Source of the DNA: an uncultured Acidimicrobiaceae bacterium
Lineage (GTDB): Bacteria; Actinomycetota; Acidimicrobiia; Spongiisociales; ZC4RG35
Length of the DNA: 60,513 bases
Assembly: GCA_964501055.1 (NCBI GenBank)
Contig: CAZCRP010000001.1
Location: forward strand, 1 to 60,513
Direction: 5' to 3'
Shown: piece after piece, positions 27,855-37,070 of the stretch
How the letters are laid out: every line of letters begins with the position of its first letter
How positions within the stretch are numbered: the stretch's first letter is position 1
Program-made: the position numbers and the translations under genes
Notes under the pieces: generated by a model
What the model was told of the DNA's origin: nothing
Seen by the model: only the letters and a program-made list of their open reading frames with translations
Database searches by the model: none

Positions 27855-28964
27855 ATGAGAATCGAACGGATCGAGGTGATACCCCTCGAGGTGCCCCTGG
27901 GCCGTACGTTCCACGGTTCCTATTACTCGATGGATACCAGGGCGACATTGATCGTCCGGGTCCACACCGACGACGGGGTGATCGGGGAGAGCTACAACGG
28001 CGACGAAGTCCACACCCAGCACGAGATCGGGCGAATCATCACCGAGGAGATCCAGCCCCGGCTGGCCGACCTGGACCCTGCGATGGTCGAACAGTGCTGG
28101 CAGGCGATGCTCCCCCTCACCTTCGACATCCTCCGTGATCGAAAGCTGGTGCTGATGGCGATGGCAGCAGTGGACAGCGCGCTGTGGGATCTCGTCGGGA
28201 AGGTCGCGGCGATGCCTCTCTTCCAACTCTGGGGTGGGGCGCGTACCGAACTGCCGATCGTTGCCATCGGCGGGTACTACCGGCTCTCAGAGGCCGAGTT
28301 GGCTGCCGAAGTCGAGACGTATCTCGAGATGGGAATCGGCGGCTGCAAGATGAAGGTGGGCTCTGCATCGCCCGAGGTCGACGCCGCGCGGTTCATCGCG
28401 ATGCGACGGGCTGCAGCCGGTGAGCCGTTCCTGCTGATGGCCGACGCCAACCAGGGCTACGAGGTGGCCGACGCGGTGCGGTTCGCCCGACTCGTCGAGC
28501 CGCACGGCCTGCGCTGGTTCGAAGAACCGGTGCGGTGGACTGCGGCGGATCTGTGGATGCGAGATGTGCGGGTGATGGCCAGCGTACCGGTTGCTGCGGG
28601 GCAGAGTGAGTTGGGTCGGGGCGACGTTCGTCGCTTGCTCGAGACAGGGGCGATCGATGTGTGCAACTTCGACGCCTCTTGGAGCGGAGGTCCGACGGAG
28701 TGGCGTCGCGTCGCCGGCCTGGCGGCGTCGTACGGCGTAGAGATGGCTCATCACGAAGAACCGCAGGTGTCGGCGCACCTGCTGGCGTCGGTGCCGCACG
28801 GCACCTACGTGGAGGTGTTTCACCCCGATCGCGATCCGATCTTCTGGAATCTGATCGCGAATCGGTCCCGGATCGCGGGCGGCTTTTACGACGTGCCCAC
28901 GGGGCCCGGACTCGGTTTGGAACTGGACTGGACCTTCATCCGGCTCTATCGGATCGACCACTGA
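27855..28964 (+). CDS. Enolase-superfamily enzyme (mandelate racemase/muconate lactonizing family; sugar-acid dehydratase-like)
   Basis: 369 aa. Begins MRIERIEVIPLEVPL and contains CKMKVG, LMADANQGY and FEEP. GGAGG RBS upstream. Confidence 0.85.
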   Translation: MRIERIEVIPLEVPLGRTFHGSYYSMDTRATLIVRVHTDDGVIGESYNGDEVHTQHEIGRIITEEIQPRLADLDPAMVEQCWQAMLPLTFDILRDRKLVLMAMAAVDSALWDLVGKVAAMPLFQLWGGARTELPIVAIGGYYRLSEAELAAEVETYLEMGIGGCKMKVGSASPEVDAARFIAMRRAAAGEPFLLMADANQGYEVADAVRFARLVEPHGLRWFEEPVRWTAADLWMRDVRVMASVPVAAGQSELGRGDVRRLLETGAIDVCNFDASWSGGPTEWRRVAGLAASYGVEMAHHEEPQVSAHLLASVPHGTYVEVFHPDRDPIFWNLIANRSRIAGGFYDVPTGPGLGLELDWTFIRLYRIDH

Positions 28965-29067
28965 GCATCGTCGTTATCATGAAAAGATCTCAGATATCGA
29001 GAATCACGAGCATCGGCGCTGTGTCGTCGGCGAGATCGTCCATGAGCCGGGAGAGGACCTCTGTGAC

Positions 29068-29553
29068 CACGACTGGACGGTCGCTGCCGTCGGCGACGCC
29101 ATCATCGGTACCCGGATCGCCCAGCACGATCGACCCGAGGATCCCCGGTTCGCCGAACTGTGCACCCTCATTCGCAACGCTGATGTGTCGTCGGTGAACC
29201 TCGAGACCAACCTCTTCGATCTCGACCGATTCAGAGGTTGGCCTGCCGCCGAGGGCGGTGGGAGCTATCTGGTCGGCCACCCGGCGGTGGCCGACGACCT
29301 TGTCACCGGTGGCCCGTTCTACGAGTCGCTGGTGCCGAGGATGACCTTCAGCGGCGGGCGTCTCGCCTCGATGTCTCTTCACCCGATCGAACTGTCCGTT
29401 GCCGCACCAGCGGGCTCCCGTGGTACCCCGCGGCTGGCGGAAGGCGAACTGGCAGTCACGATTCTTGAGCGGTTCGCCCGCCTCTGCGAGCCCTTCGGGC
29501 TCGAATTCTCGGTCGATGGCGGCATCGGCCGGTGGCAGACAGGAACTCAATGA
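29068..29553 (+). pseudogene. CapA/PGA_cap-family (poly-gamma-glutamate-associated metallophosphatase-like) remnant with its middle deleted
   Basis: The N-terminal WTVAAVGDAIIGTR...LIRNADVSSVNLETNLFD...LVGHPAVADDLVTGG joins directly to the C-terminal RMTFSGGRLASMSLHPIEL...RGTPRLAEGELAVTILERFARLCEPFG. There is no ATG at the family N-terminus. Confidence 0.45.
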
Positions 29554-29564
29554 AAGGCGACTCG

Positions 29565-31046
29565 ATGCGAATCGGCGTGATCTGGGTCTCCCAGGAGACC
29601 TCAACCTTCAATCCGTCCCCTACGACGAAAGAGCATTTCGAGTCGTTCGGTATCCACCACGGGCACGCGATTTTCGACACGCTCGCGACCTCGGGCTCGA
29701 TCGGCGGCTACCTCAAAGCCGCAGGCGAGCGATCCGACGTCGTGTCCGTGCCGATCTTCCAGGCCAGGGCGGGTGCGGGTGGGCGACTGGACGCCGAGAC
29801 CTTCGCCTATCTCACCGGCGAGATCGAGCGGGGGCTGCGGGAGGCGGGCGAATTGGACGGGCTGGCTCTTCAGGTGCACGGCGCCTGCTCGGCGGAAGCC
29901 GTCGACGACGTCGACGGCTACATCACCGAGCTCGCCCGTGGCATCGTCGGACCCGACGTGCCGATCGTGCTCACCCTCGACCACCACGCCAACATCACCA
30001 GGGCGATGGTGGAGCACAGCGATGCCATGGTCGGGTATCGGACCCAGCCGCACGACCCGTTCGACACCGGTTACGCCTCGGCCAAGGTCCTCTTTCGCAT
30101 CGTGGAGGGGGAGGTGTCGCCAATCACGGCGTTCCGCAAGATCCCGCTCATCTCCCACCAAGAGCAGTACCTCACTTCTCAGCATCCGATGAAGACCTGG
30201 TTCGACCGGGCGCGGGCGATGGAGTCGGAGAACGACACCGTGATCACGGTCTCCACGTTCCCGATGCAGCCGTGGCTCGATGTCGAGGAGGGCGGTTGGG
30301 CGGCGGTCGTGTACACCGACGGGAACCAAGAACTGGCAGACCGACTCGCCGACGAGCTCGGCGACCTTGCTTGGTCGATGCGCGAGGAGTTCCAGATCAA
30401 GACCAGCGTTCCCGTCGCCGCTGCCGTCGCCAGGGCCGAGGCTGCGCCCCAGGGCGTCATCGTTCTGAGCGACACCGGTGACTCTGTCCTCGGGGGTGCC
30501 GGCGGCGACAGCACGGTGTTGCTGAGGGAGATGCTCGAGACGGGCGTCCGTGGGCCGGCACTCGTTCCGCTCGTCCACCCCGCCATCGGTGATCTGATCG
30601 ACGCGTCTCAGGTCGGTTCCACCGTCGCGATCGATATCGGCGGCTCGGTGTCCGGGATGTACGAACCGATCACCGTCACCGGGACCCTGTGCCATCTCGG
30701 GCCATCGAGCTTCGAGATAGGTGGGGTCTCCGTTTTTGCTGGTCTCGTTGTCGACTTGGGCATCACGGCAGTGCTCGACGTGGCGTGTGGCACGGTTGTC
30801 ATCACCCAGCGGCACGGGATAGGCGGGGTCCATCCCGACATGTACCGCCATCTGGGGATCGATCCCGTCGAGTACAAGATGGCGGTCCTAAAGACGGCCT
30901 CGAACTTCCAGTATTTCGCGGATATCTCGCCGGAGACGATCAGGGTGGACACGCCGGGACCGACTCAGTCGGGCATCAGCGATCTGCCCTGGGAGCGGAT
31001 CCCTCGTCCGGTGTATCCGCTCGATGCGATCGAGTCGTGGCGATGA
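29565..31046 (+). CDS. M81-family metallopeptidase, MlrC-like (intact copy 4)
   Basis: MRIGVIWVSQETSTFNP starts after GAAAGG. Long near-identical strings are shared with copy 1 (YRTQPHDP, ISHQEQYLTS, FPMQPWLDVEEGGWA, VLKTASNFQYFAD). Confidence 0.9.
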   Translation: MRIGVIWVSQETSTFNPSPTTKEHFESFGIHHGHAIFDTLATSGSIGGYLKAAGERSDVVSVPIFQARAGAGGRLDAETFAYLTGEIERGLREAGELDGLALQVHGACSAEAVDDVDGYITELARGIVGPDVPIVLTLDHHANITRAMVEHSDAMVGYRTQPHDPFDTGYASAKVLFRIVEGEVSPITAFRKIPLISHQEQYLTSQHPMKTWFDRARAMESENDTVITVSTFPMQPWLDVEEGGWAAVVYTDGNQELADRLADELGDLAWSMREEFQIKTSVPVAAAVARAEAAPQGVIVLSDTGDSVLGGAGGDSTVLLREMLETGVRGPALVPLVHPAIGDLIDASQVGSTVAIDIGGSVSGMYEPITVTGTLCHLGPSSFEIGGVSVFAGLVVDLGITAVLDVACGTVVITQRHGIGGVHPDMYRHLGIDPVEYKMAVLKTASNFQYFADISPETIRVDTPGPTQSGISDLPWERIPRPVYPLDAIESWR

Positions 31047-32200
31047 CCGACATCCGAGAGATCCTGACCGACGCCCGTTCCCGTGAAGACGAGTGGCTTG
31101 ACCTCCTAAGGCAGATCGTCGACATCGACAGCGGGCCGGGTGATTTCGCCGGGATCGAGCTGGTCTACGGCGTGCTCACCAACGCACTCACAGACCTAGG
31201 CTTCGATTCCGAACGGGTGACCAATGCGGGACCCGATGTGCTCGTGTCGCGCCGTTCAGGTGGGGTGGACGCCACCAGAGTCGCCCTCATCGGGCATGCC
31301 GACACCGTCTTCGCCGAGGGCACGGTCGCACAGCGCCCATGCACGAGGGACGGAGACCGCGTGCGGGGTCCCGGCGTGGCCGACATGAAGGGCGGCCTGG
31401 TCGTCGCGCTCGCGGGACTGAGCTTGGCCGGAAGGTCGGTGCTCGACCGGCTCGACCTGACGGTGATCGTCAACGGCGACGAGGAGTCCGGGTCCAAAGA
31501 CTCACGTGCTGTCATCGAAGAACTCGCTCCCGGCTTCGACCTCGCGCTCGTGTTCGAGCCCGGACGCCCGCCAAACGGGTTCGTCGTCTCCCGGCGGGGC
31601 GCACATCGCTTCGAGGTCGCCGTCAAGGGACGGCCGGCGCACACCGGGGTCAACCCAGACGACGGAGCCAACGCCATCGAGACCGCCGCTCATCACATCC
31701 TGGCGATCCAGGAGTTGGGTCGGGCCATTCCCGACGCCACGGTCAACGCCGTGATGATCTCCGGAGGGACACGTCCGAACATCGTTCCCGAACACGCACG
31801 GATCAGGGTCGACAGCAGATTCGATCATGCGGATGGGGAGTCGGCGGTCGTCTCGGGAATGCGTTCGCTGGAAGGTTCCGGTCCGGTCGAGGGCACAATG
31901 ACCACGGTCCGTTCGCTTGATCAGCGACCTGCGTTCGCGGCTCGCCCGGAAGCGGAGTCGCTCACCCGGCTCGTCGTGGAGACAGGACGCGAACTCGGAT
32001 TCGACCTCACGGGCGAGTCAACCGGTGGATCATCGGACGGCAACTTCACGTCCGCTGCCGGAGTGCCGACCGTGGACGGGCTGGGAGCCGTAGGTCACGA
32101 ATTCCACACTCCCGACGAGTACGTGATCGCAGACAGCATTCCCCAACGGGCAGCACTGCTCGCAGTCCTCCTCGAGCGAATCGGCGACGGACGGCCGTGA
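31043..32200 (+). CDS. M20-family metallopeptidase (carboxypeptidase G2-like)
   Basis: ATGA overlap at the start. Metal motifs GHADTVF, GPGVADMKGG and NGDEESGS. Confidence 0.85.
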   Translation: MTDIREILTDARSREDEWLDLLRQIVDIDSGPGDFAGIELVYGVLTNALTDLGFDSERVTNAGPDVLVSRRSGGVDATRVALIGHADTVFAEGTVAQRPCTRDGDRVRGPGVADMKGGLVVALAGLSLAGRSVLDRLDLTVIVNGDEESGSKDSRAVIEELAPGFDLALVFEPGRPPNGFVVSRRGAHRFEVAVKGRPAHTGVNPDDGANAIETAAHHILAIQELGRAIPDATVNAVMISGGTRPNIVPEHARIRVDSRFDHADGESAVVSGMRSLEGSGPVEGTMTTVRSLDQRPAFAARPEAESLTRLVVETGRELGFDLTGESTGGSSDGNFTSAAGVPTVDGLGAVGHEFHTPDEYVIADSIPQRAALLAVLLERIGDGRP

Positions 32201-33432
32201 CTCCGCACACCGTCCTCGCCGGCGTTCGCGTCGTTCGAGTCGATGCACCGGGCATGCCTGTCACCGATCTGGTCGACATCGCGGTCACCGACGGCAGGAT
32301 CTCGTCGATCACTCCTCACGCCGACAAGGGAGACCATGTCGTGGACGGCGGCGGCAGATACATTCTGCCCGGCCTGGTGAACGCACACGATCACCTGTAC
32401 TCCAAGGAACTCCGCACCCCGGCACCGGGTCTGGACATCGCGGCGATGCGTCGACACATCGACACCCGGGACGAGGTGGAAACCGTCGCCGTCATGTTGC
32501 GCAACGCATGGCGGGCCCTGGCGGAGGGCATTGTGGTCATACGAGATCTCGGGTCACGACATGGGGTGAACACGCGCCTCGCATCCCTGCTCGATCGGGG
32601 CATCATGCCCGGACCCATGGTCGTTCCGGCCGGTCGCCCGATCGTGATGACCGGTGGGCACGTGTGGACGTTCGGGCGGGAAGCCGACGGCGCCGACGAC
32701 TGCCGCAGGGCGGTTCGTGAGCAGAAGAAGGCCGGGGCGCGGGTCATCAAGGTGATGGCTTCGGGCGGCCTCTCGAACTTCCCGCACGAGGACTACACGG
32801 TGTGCGAGTTCACGGACGAGGAGCTGGCGGCGATCACACACGAGGCCGCGAAGCTGGGATTGCCGACCTGCGCGCATGCGTTCGGAACGGACGCGATCGA
32901 AGCGGCGGTTCGGGCCGGGATAGACTCTGTCGAGCACGGGGTCCATCTTGATGACTCGACGGTGGCGATGATGATCGACAAGGGCACGGGTTACGTCCCG
33001 ACCATGGCGAACATGCACCGGATCGCCTCGCCGACGCTCAACGACAGCGCCGGCCTACCGGAGCGGAGTCAGCGATTGGACCGGGAGATCGTCCAACCTC
33101 AGATGGCCTCGGTCCGGCGGGCGATCGAGGCGGGTGTCCGTATCGGCGTCGGCACGGACTCGACCGGCACGTACCGCGAGGAGCTCGCCTTGCTGATGGA
33201 GGCGGGGATGGATGCCGAGCGGGTCATTCGCGCAGCCACGATCGACGGAGCGGCTATTTGCCGGGTGGACGCGGGCCTGGTGGCCGAGGGTCACCTGGGC
33301 ATGTTCAGTCTCTACGACGACGATCCACGCGACGATCCCCTCGATCTCGTGGAGCCATCTGCCATGTTCTGTTCGGGACGGATCTACGAGCGCGTTGACC
33401 TCGGGGTGCTCCTCGGGGAGAGTGCCGGATGA
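32197..33432 (+). CDS. Amidohydrolase-superfamily metal hydrolase
   Basis: GTGA overlap at the start. Contains VNAHDHLY (HxH), IKVMASGG, CAHAFG, VEHGVHL and GTDS. Confidence 0.85.
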   Translation: MTPHTVLAGVRVVRVDAPGMPVTDLVDIAVTDGRISSITPHADKGDHVVDGGGRYILPGLVNAHDHLYSKELRTPAPGLDIAAMRRHIDTRDEVETVAVMLRNAWRALAEGIVVIRDLGSRHGVNTRLASLLDRGIMPGPMVVPAGRPIVMTGGHVWTFGREADGADDCRRAVREQKKAGARVIKVMASGGLSNFPHEDYTVCEFTDEELAAITHEAAKLGLPTCAHAFGTDAIEAAVRAGIDSVEHGVHLDDSTVAMMIDKGTGYVPTMANMHRIASPTLNDSAGLPERSQRLDREIVQPQMASVRRAIEAGVRIGVGTDSTGTYREELALLMEAGMDAERVIRAATIDGAAICRVDAGLVAEGHLGMFSLYDDDPRDDPLDLVEPSAMFCSGRIYERVDLGVLLGESAG

Positions 33433-35027
33433 TCGATCCGCCGCTGACCCCGACGTTTGTGATTCGAGGGGGCACAATCGTCGACGGCACCGGTCGGGCC
33501 AGCTTCTCTGCCGACGTGGTTGTGGATGACGGAGTCGTTCGGCTCCTCGAGCCCGGAACCGGGACGGGCTCGCGGATCGTCGATGTCGACGGCCTCGCCG
33601 TCACGCCGGGTTTCATCGACGCTCACAGTCACGCCGACCTCGAGATGTTCCTGGGACCGGGAACGTCCAACGTGCACGAGTGCCGCCTGCTGCAGGGGGT
33701 CACCACCGAGGTGACGGGCAACTGTGGATTCAGCGCGTTCCCACTGCCTGAAGAACGCAGTGATGAGGCGCAGGCGTTCCTCGCATTCGTCTTCGGCGGA
33801 GCTGCCACCGCGTTCCCGTCTCTGGGCGAGTACGTCGCAGCCGTGTCTGCCGCCGGACTGGCATGCAACATCGCTCCACTCGTGGGCCACGGCACTCTGC
33901 GGATCGGCACACTCGGCTACGAGGATCGTCCCGCGACGGGAGTGGAACTCGAGCGGATGGGTGCGGCGCTCACCGCGGCTCTTGGCGCGGGCGCGTTCGG
34001 TCTGGCCACGGGTCTCTGTTACACGCCTGCGACGTACGCCGACACCTCTGAAGTTCGAGACCTTGCCGCGCTGGCGGCGAAGGCGGGTGCCATCTACGCC
34101 ACCCACGTCCGGAACGAGACCGATGGAATCTCTGTCGCAATCGACGAGGCTCTCGCCGTGGCTGAGGCAACGGGTGTGGCGCTCCACATCTCCCATCTCA
34201 AGGTGGCGGGACGCCGCAACTGGGGGACTGCGAGAGACCTGCTCGCCCGCCTGGACGACGCCCGTCGCCGGGGGATCTATGTCACGGCCGATGTGTACCC
34301 GTACACGGCGGCCAGCACGATGCTTCATTCGCTCCTCCCGCCGTGGCTGATCGATCAGGGGAGCGAAACCATGCTCAGCCGTCTTTCCGACCCCGGGGTC
34401 AGGGAACGTGTTGCCGGAGAGTTGGTGAGCGGGATCCCGGGGTGGCAAAACCTGGGTCACGCTGCCGGATGGGACAACGTCTCGGTGGCGTCTTCGCCGA
34501 GACATCCTGAACGGGAAGGCCGCTCGATCGATGAACTCTCGGACTCCGACGATCGGAACCCCGTCGACACGATTGCCCGGATTCTCATCGAAGATCATGG
34601 CCAGGTGGTGGCCGTGATCGAAGCAATGGACGGTGACGATGTGAGGTGCTTTCTGGGGTGGGACCACACAGTCGTCGGATCCGACGGGATACCGCTACCC
34701 GGAAAGCCGCATCCCCGGCTGACGGGGACGTTCCCGCGCGTCCTCGGCCGTTACCGCGATGTGTACGGCGGGTTCGAGGAATCCGTACACCGGATGACGG
34801 GAGCCACGGCGTCGCGTTTTGGTATCCCGCGACGCGGCACCATCAGTGATGGCCAGGTCGCCGATCTCGTCGTGCTCGACCCGGACCGAGTTCGGGACTC
34901 GGGTACCTTCGCCGATCCGTGGCAGAGCCCGATCGGTATCGAGCATGTGATCCTGGGTGGCCGAGCGGTCGTGTGGGACGGCGATGTCGTCGACGCCTCG
35001 CGCGGAAGAGTGCTCCGCCGCGCGTGA
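33429..35027 (+). CDS. N-acyl-D-amino-acid deacylase (D-aminoacylase) family amidohydrolase, copy 2
   Basis: ATGA overlap at the start. Contains TPGFIDAHSHAD and QGVTTEVTGNCGFSAFP, and is collinear with copy 1. Confidence 0.9.
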   Translation: MIDPPLTPTFVIRGGTIVDGTGRASFSADVVVDDGVVRLLEPGTGTGSRIVDVDGLAVTPGFIDAHSHADLEMFLGPGTSNVHECRLLQGVTTEVTGNCGFSAFPLPEERSDEAQAFLAFVFGGAATAFPSLGEYVAAVSAAGLACNIAPLVGHGTLRIGTLGYEDRPATGVELERMGAALTAALGAGAFGLATGLCYTPATYADTSEVRDLAALAAKAGAIYATHVRNETDGISVAIDEALAVAEATGVALHISHLKVAGRRNWGTARDLLARLDDARRRGIYVTADVYPYTAASTMLHSLLPPWLIDQGSETMLSRLSDPGVRERVAGELVSGIPGWQNLGHAAGWDNVSVASSPRHPEREGRSIDELSDSDDRNPVDTIARILIEDHGQVVAVIEAMDGDDVRCFLGWDHTVVGSDGIPLPGKPHPRLTGTFPRVLGRYRDVYGGFEESVHRMTGATASRFGIPRRGTISDGQVADLVVLDPDRVRDSGTFADPWQSPIGIEHVILGGRAVVWDGDVVDASRGRVLRRA

Positions 35028-35194
35028 GTTCGACCTTGATGCCAGCATCGGGACTCGGTCGACCGAGCGGAGGGAGGTTCGGTAGATGGGCCCATTCGAG
35101 GCCGCTGAACCAGGAGCGCCTCGTCTGTTGCGCGCCATCCGGTGGGGCAACCAGACCGAGCGTGGCGCGGCCCGCGGTGTCCACTGGACACGGG

Positions 35195-36026
35195 ATGAGC
35201 AACGATTCGCTTGTCGCTCTCGAGGGAGGACGCTTCCTGATGGGTACCGATGACGGAATTGGTCACCCTGGGGATGGTGAGGGTCCAGCACGAGAGGTCG
35301 CCGTCGATCCATTCGAGATCGATGCGTACGCCGTCAGCAACGCCCGCTTCGACGACTTCGTCCGCGACACAGGTCATGTGACGGACGCCGAGCGCTACGG
35401 ATGGTCGTTCGTGTTCGCCGAATTCCTCTCCGAGGACCGATTGCTGGCGACCGCCGCAGTGCCGGCGGCTCCTTGGCGGCGCCAAGTTCGTGGCGCTGAT
35501 TGGGCGGCATCCCGAAGGCCCTCATTCGGGCCTCGACGACCGTTCCGGCCATCGCGTGGTTCAGCTGTCGTGGAACGATGCGCCCTCGCCTACGCAGAAT
35601 GGGCGGGGTGCCGCGTTCCGAGCGAGGCGGGGTGGGAGGTCGCCGGCCGGCCTCGTGCAGAAGCGGTACACGTAGGGGGATGAGTTCGCGCCTGGCGGCG
35701 AGATCATGTGCACCATCTTCGAAGGGGAGTTCCGAGTCGCAACACAGCCGAGGACGGGTTTTTCGGGACCGTTCCGGTGGATGGCGTTCCGACCGAGCAG
35801 CTTCGGACTTCTCAACGTCGCCGGCAACGTGTGGGAGTGGTGTGTGAACCCGTTCGGGGGCCCGGAGGGTGCGGATGTTCCCCGAGCGTTGGGAGGGGGG
35901 TCGTATCTCTGTGACGACTCGTATTGCAACCGTCACCGTGTCGCCGCTCGTTCGGCGAACACTCCGGATTCAACTGCGGGGAACGTGGGTTTCCGGGTGG
36001 CGCGGAGTCCGGATCGTCGATCTTGA
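35195..36026 (+). pseudogene. Formylglycine-generating enzyme (FGE/SUMF1 family), multiply frameshifted with one in-frame stop
   Basis: FGE strings are scattered over three frames: GGRFLMGTDD...FEIDAYAVSN, GADW/RHPEGPHSGLDDRSGHRVVQLSWNDA, LAYAEWAGCRVPSEAGWEVA, RNTAEDGFFGTVPVDG and GLLNVAGNVWEWC...GGSYLCDDSYCNRHRVAARS. In RYT(TAG)GDEF the family would be expected to have a Trp codon. Confidence 0.7.
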
Positions 36027-36032
36027 TGATTG

Positions 36033-36821
36033 TCAGTCGGTCGGTCCAAGGAGTTCGGAGACCTCTGCTGCGACGGTCCTCACCAACTCTCCGAGTCCAC
36101 CGATCCGTTCGTCGGTCATGCGTGTCCTCGGGCCCGACAGCGAGATAGCACCGAGCACCCCGCCGTTGGAGAGGACGGGAGCAGCTACACATGCGACGCC
36201 CTCTACCACCTCTTCCATGTCGATGGCGTAACCGTCGGCTCGGACGGTTTCGAGCTTGGCTCGCAGTTGCGGCCACGTGGTGACCGCACCGGGACCGAGT
36301 GAGGGGTAGGGCTCGGGCGGGAGCAGTCGAGCGAGGTGATCCGGCTCGAGGTGTGCTGCGACGGCCTTGCCGATGGCAGCGGCATGGATCGGGACCTTCG
36401 TCCCGACTTCTTCGACGGTGCGCAACATGCCGGGACTCTCGAGTGCTTCGACGTACACGAGTTCGGTGTCTCGCAGCAGTGCGAGGTTGACGCTCTCGCC
36501 CGTCTCCCGCCACAACCGGCGCAGTCCGGATGCAGCCAGAGACCGAACATCGAGCTGATCGAGGAGTTTCGATGCCCACTGATAGGCAGTGGGTCCCGGC
36601 TGATAGCCGCCGCCGGCCGCTCGGTCCACCAAGCCCAGGTCTGAGAGGGTCATCACCAGCCGATACGCGGTGGACCGTGAGACATCGGCGACGGACGCTG
36701 CGGTTTCGAGGCTGACAGTTCCCTGGTCGACCACCGCGCCGAACACGGACAGGGCACTCGTGACGGCGTTCACGGAGTAGCGCGCAGTGCCTTCGGTTCG
36801 CCCAGTGGCGGGGTCGCTCAT
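36033..36821 (-). CDS. IclR-family transcriptional regulator (copy 2)
   Basis: 262 aa. wHTH region VADVSRSTAYRLVMTLSDLGLV plus an IclR effector domain. Confidence 0.85.
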   Translation of the reverse strand: MSDPATGRTEGTARYSVNAVTSALSVFGAVVDQGTVSLETAASVADVSRSTAYRLVMTLSDLGLVDRAAGGGYQPGPTAYQWASKLLDQLDVRSLAASGLRRLWRETGESVNLALLRDTELVYVEALESPGMLRTVEEVGTKVPIHAAAIGKAVAAHLEPDHLARLLPPEPYPSLGPGAVTTWPQLRAKLETVRADGYAIDMEEVVEGVACVAAPVLSNGGVLGAISLSGPRTRMTDERIGGLGELVRTVAAEVSELLGPTD

Positions 36822-37070
36822 CTCTGTTCTCTCTCCTGTACTGGTCTCACGGACCTGTCAACGCTAGCCCTGTCAGCTCTGCGGCGGTGTGGGGTTGGGA
36901 GCACCCGCTGTCCGGCAAGGAACGTTCGCGTACGAGGGTATCACTGGTAGAGATGAGAGTTCTATACTTTGAAACACCGGCGTGCGTCGCGCAGCACTCT
37001 ACCCCGCTTGGCGGTGAGCCATCGCGCGCGGTGCCGACAACGACACCATCCCGAACAGACAGGAGCGTCC
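36822..37070. promoter_or_regulatory. Divergent control region between IclR-2 and the aminotransferase
   Basis: Perfect GAACGTTC palindrome at 36920-36927, an AT-rich stretch (agagttctatactttgaaac), and AGGAG 5 nt before the GTG at 37071. Confidence 0.3.
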
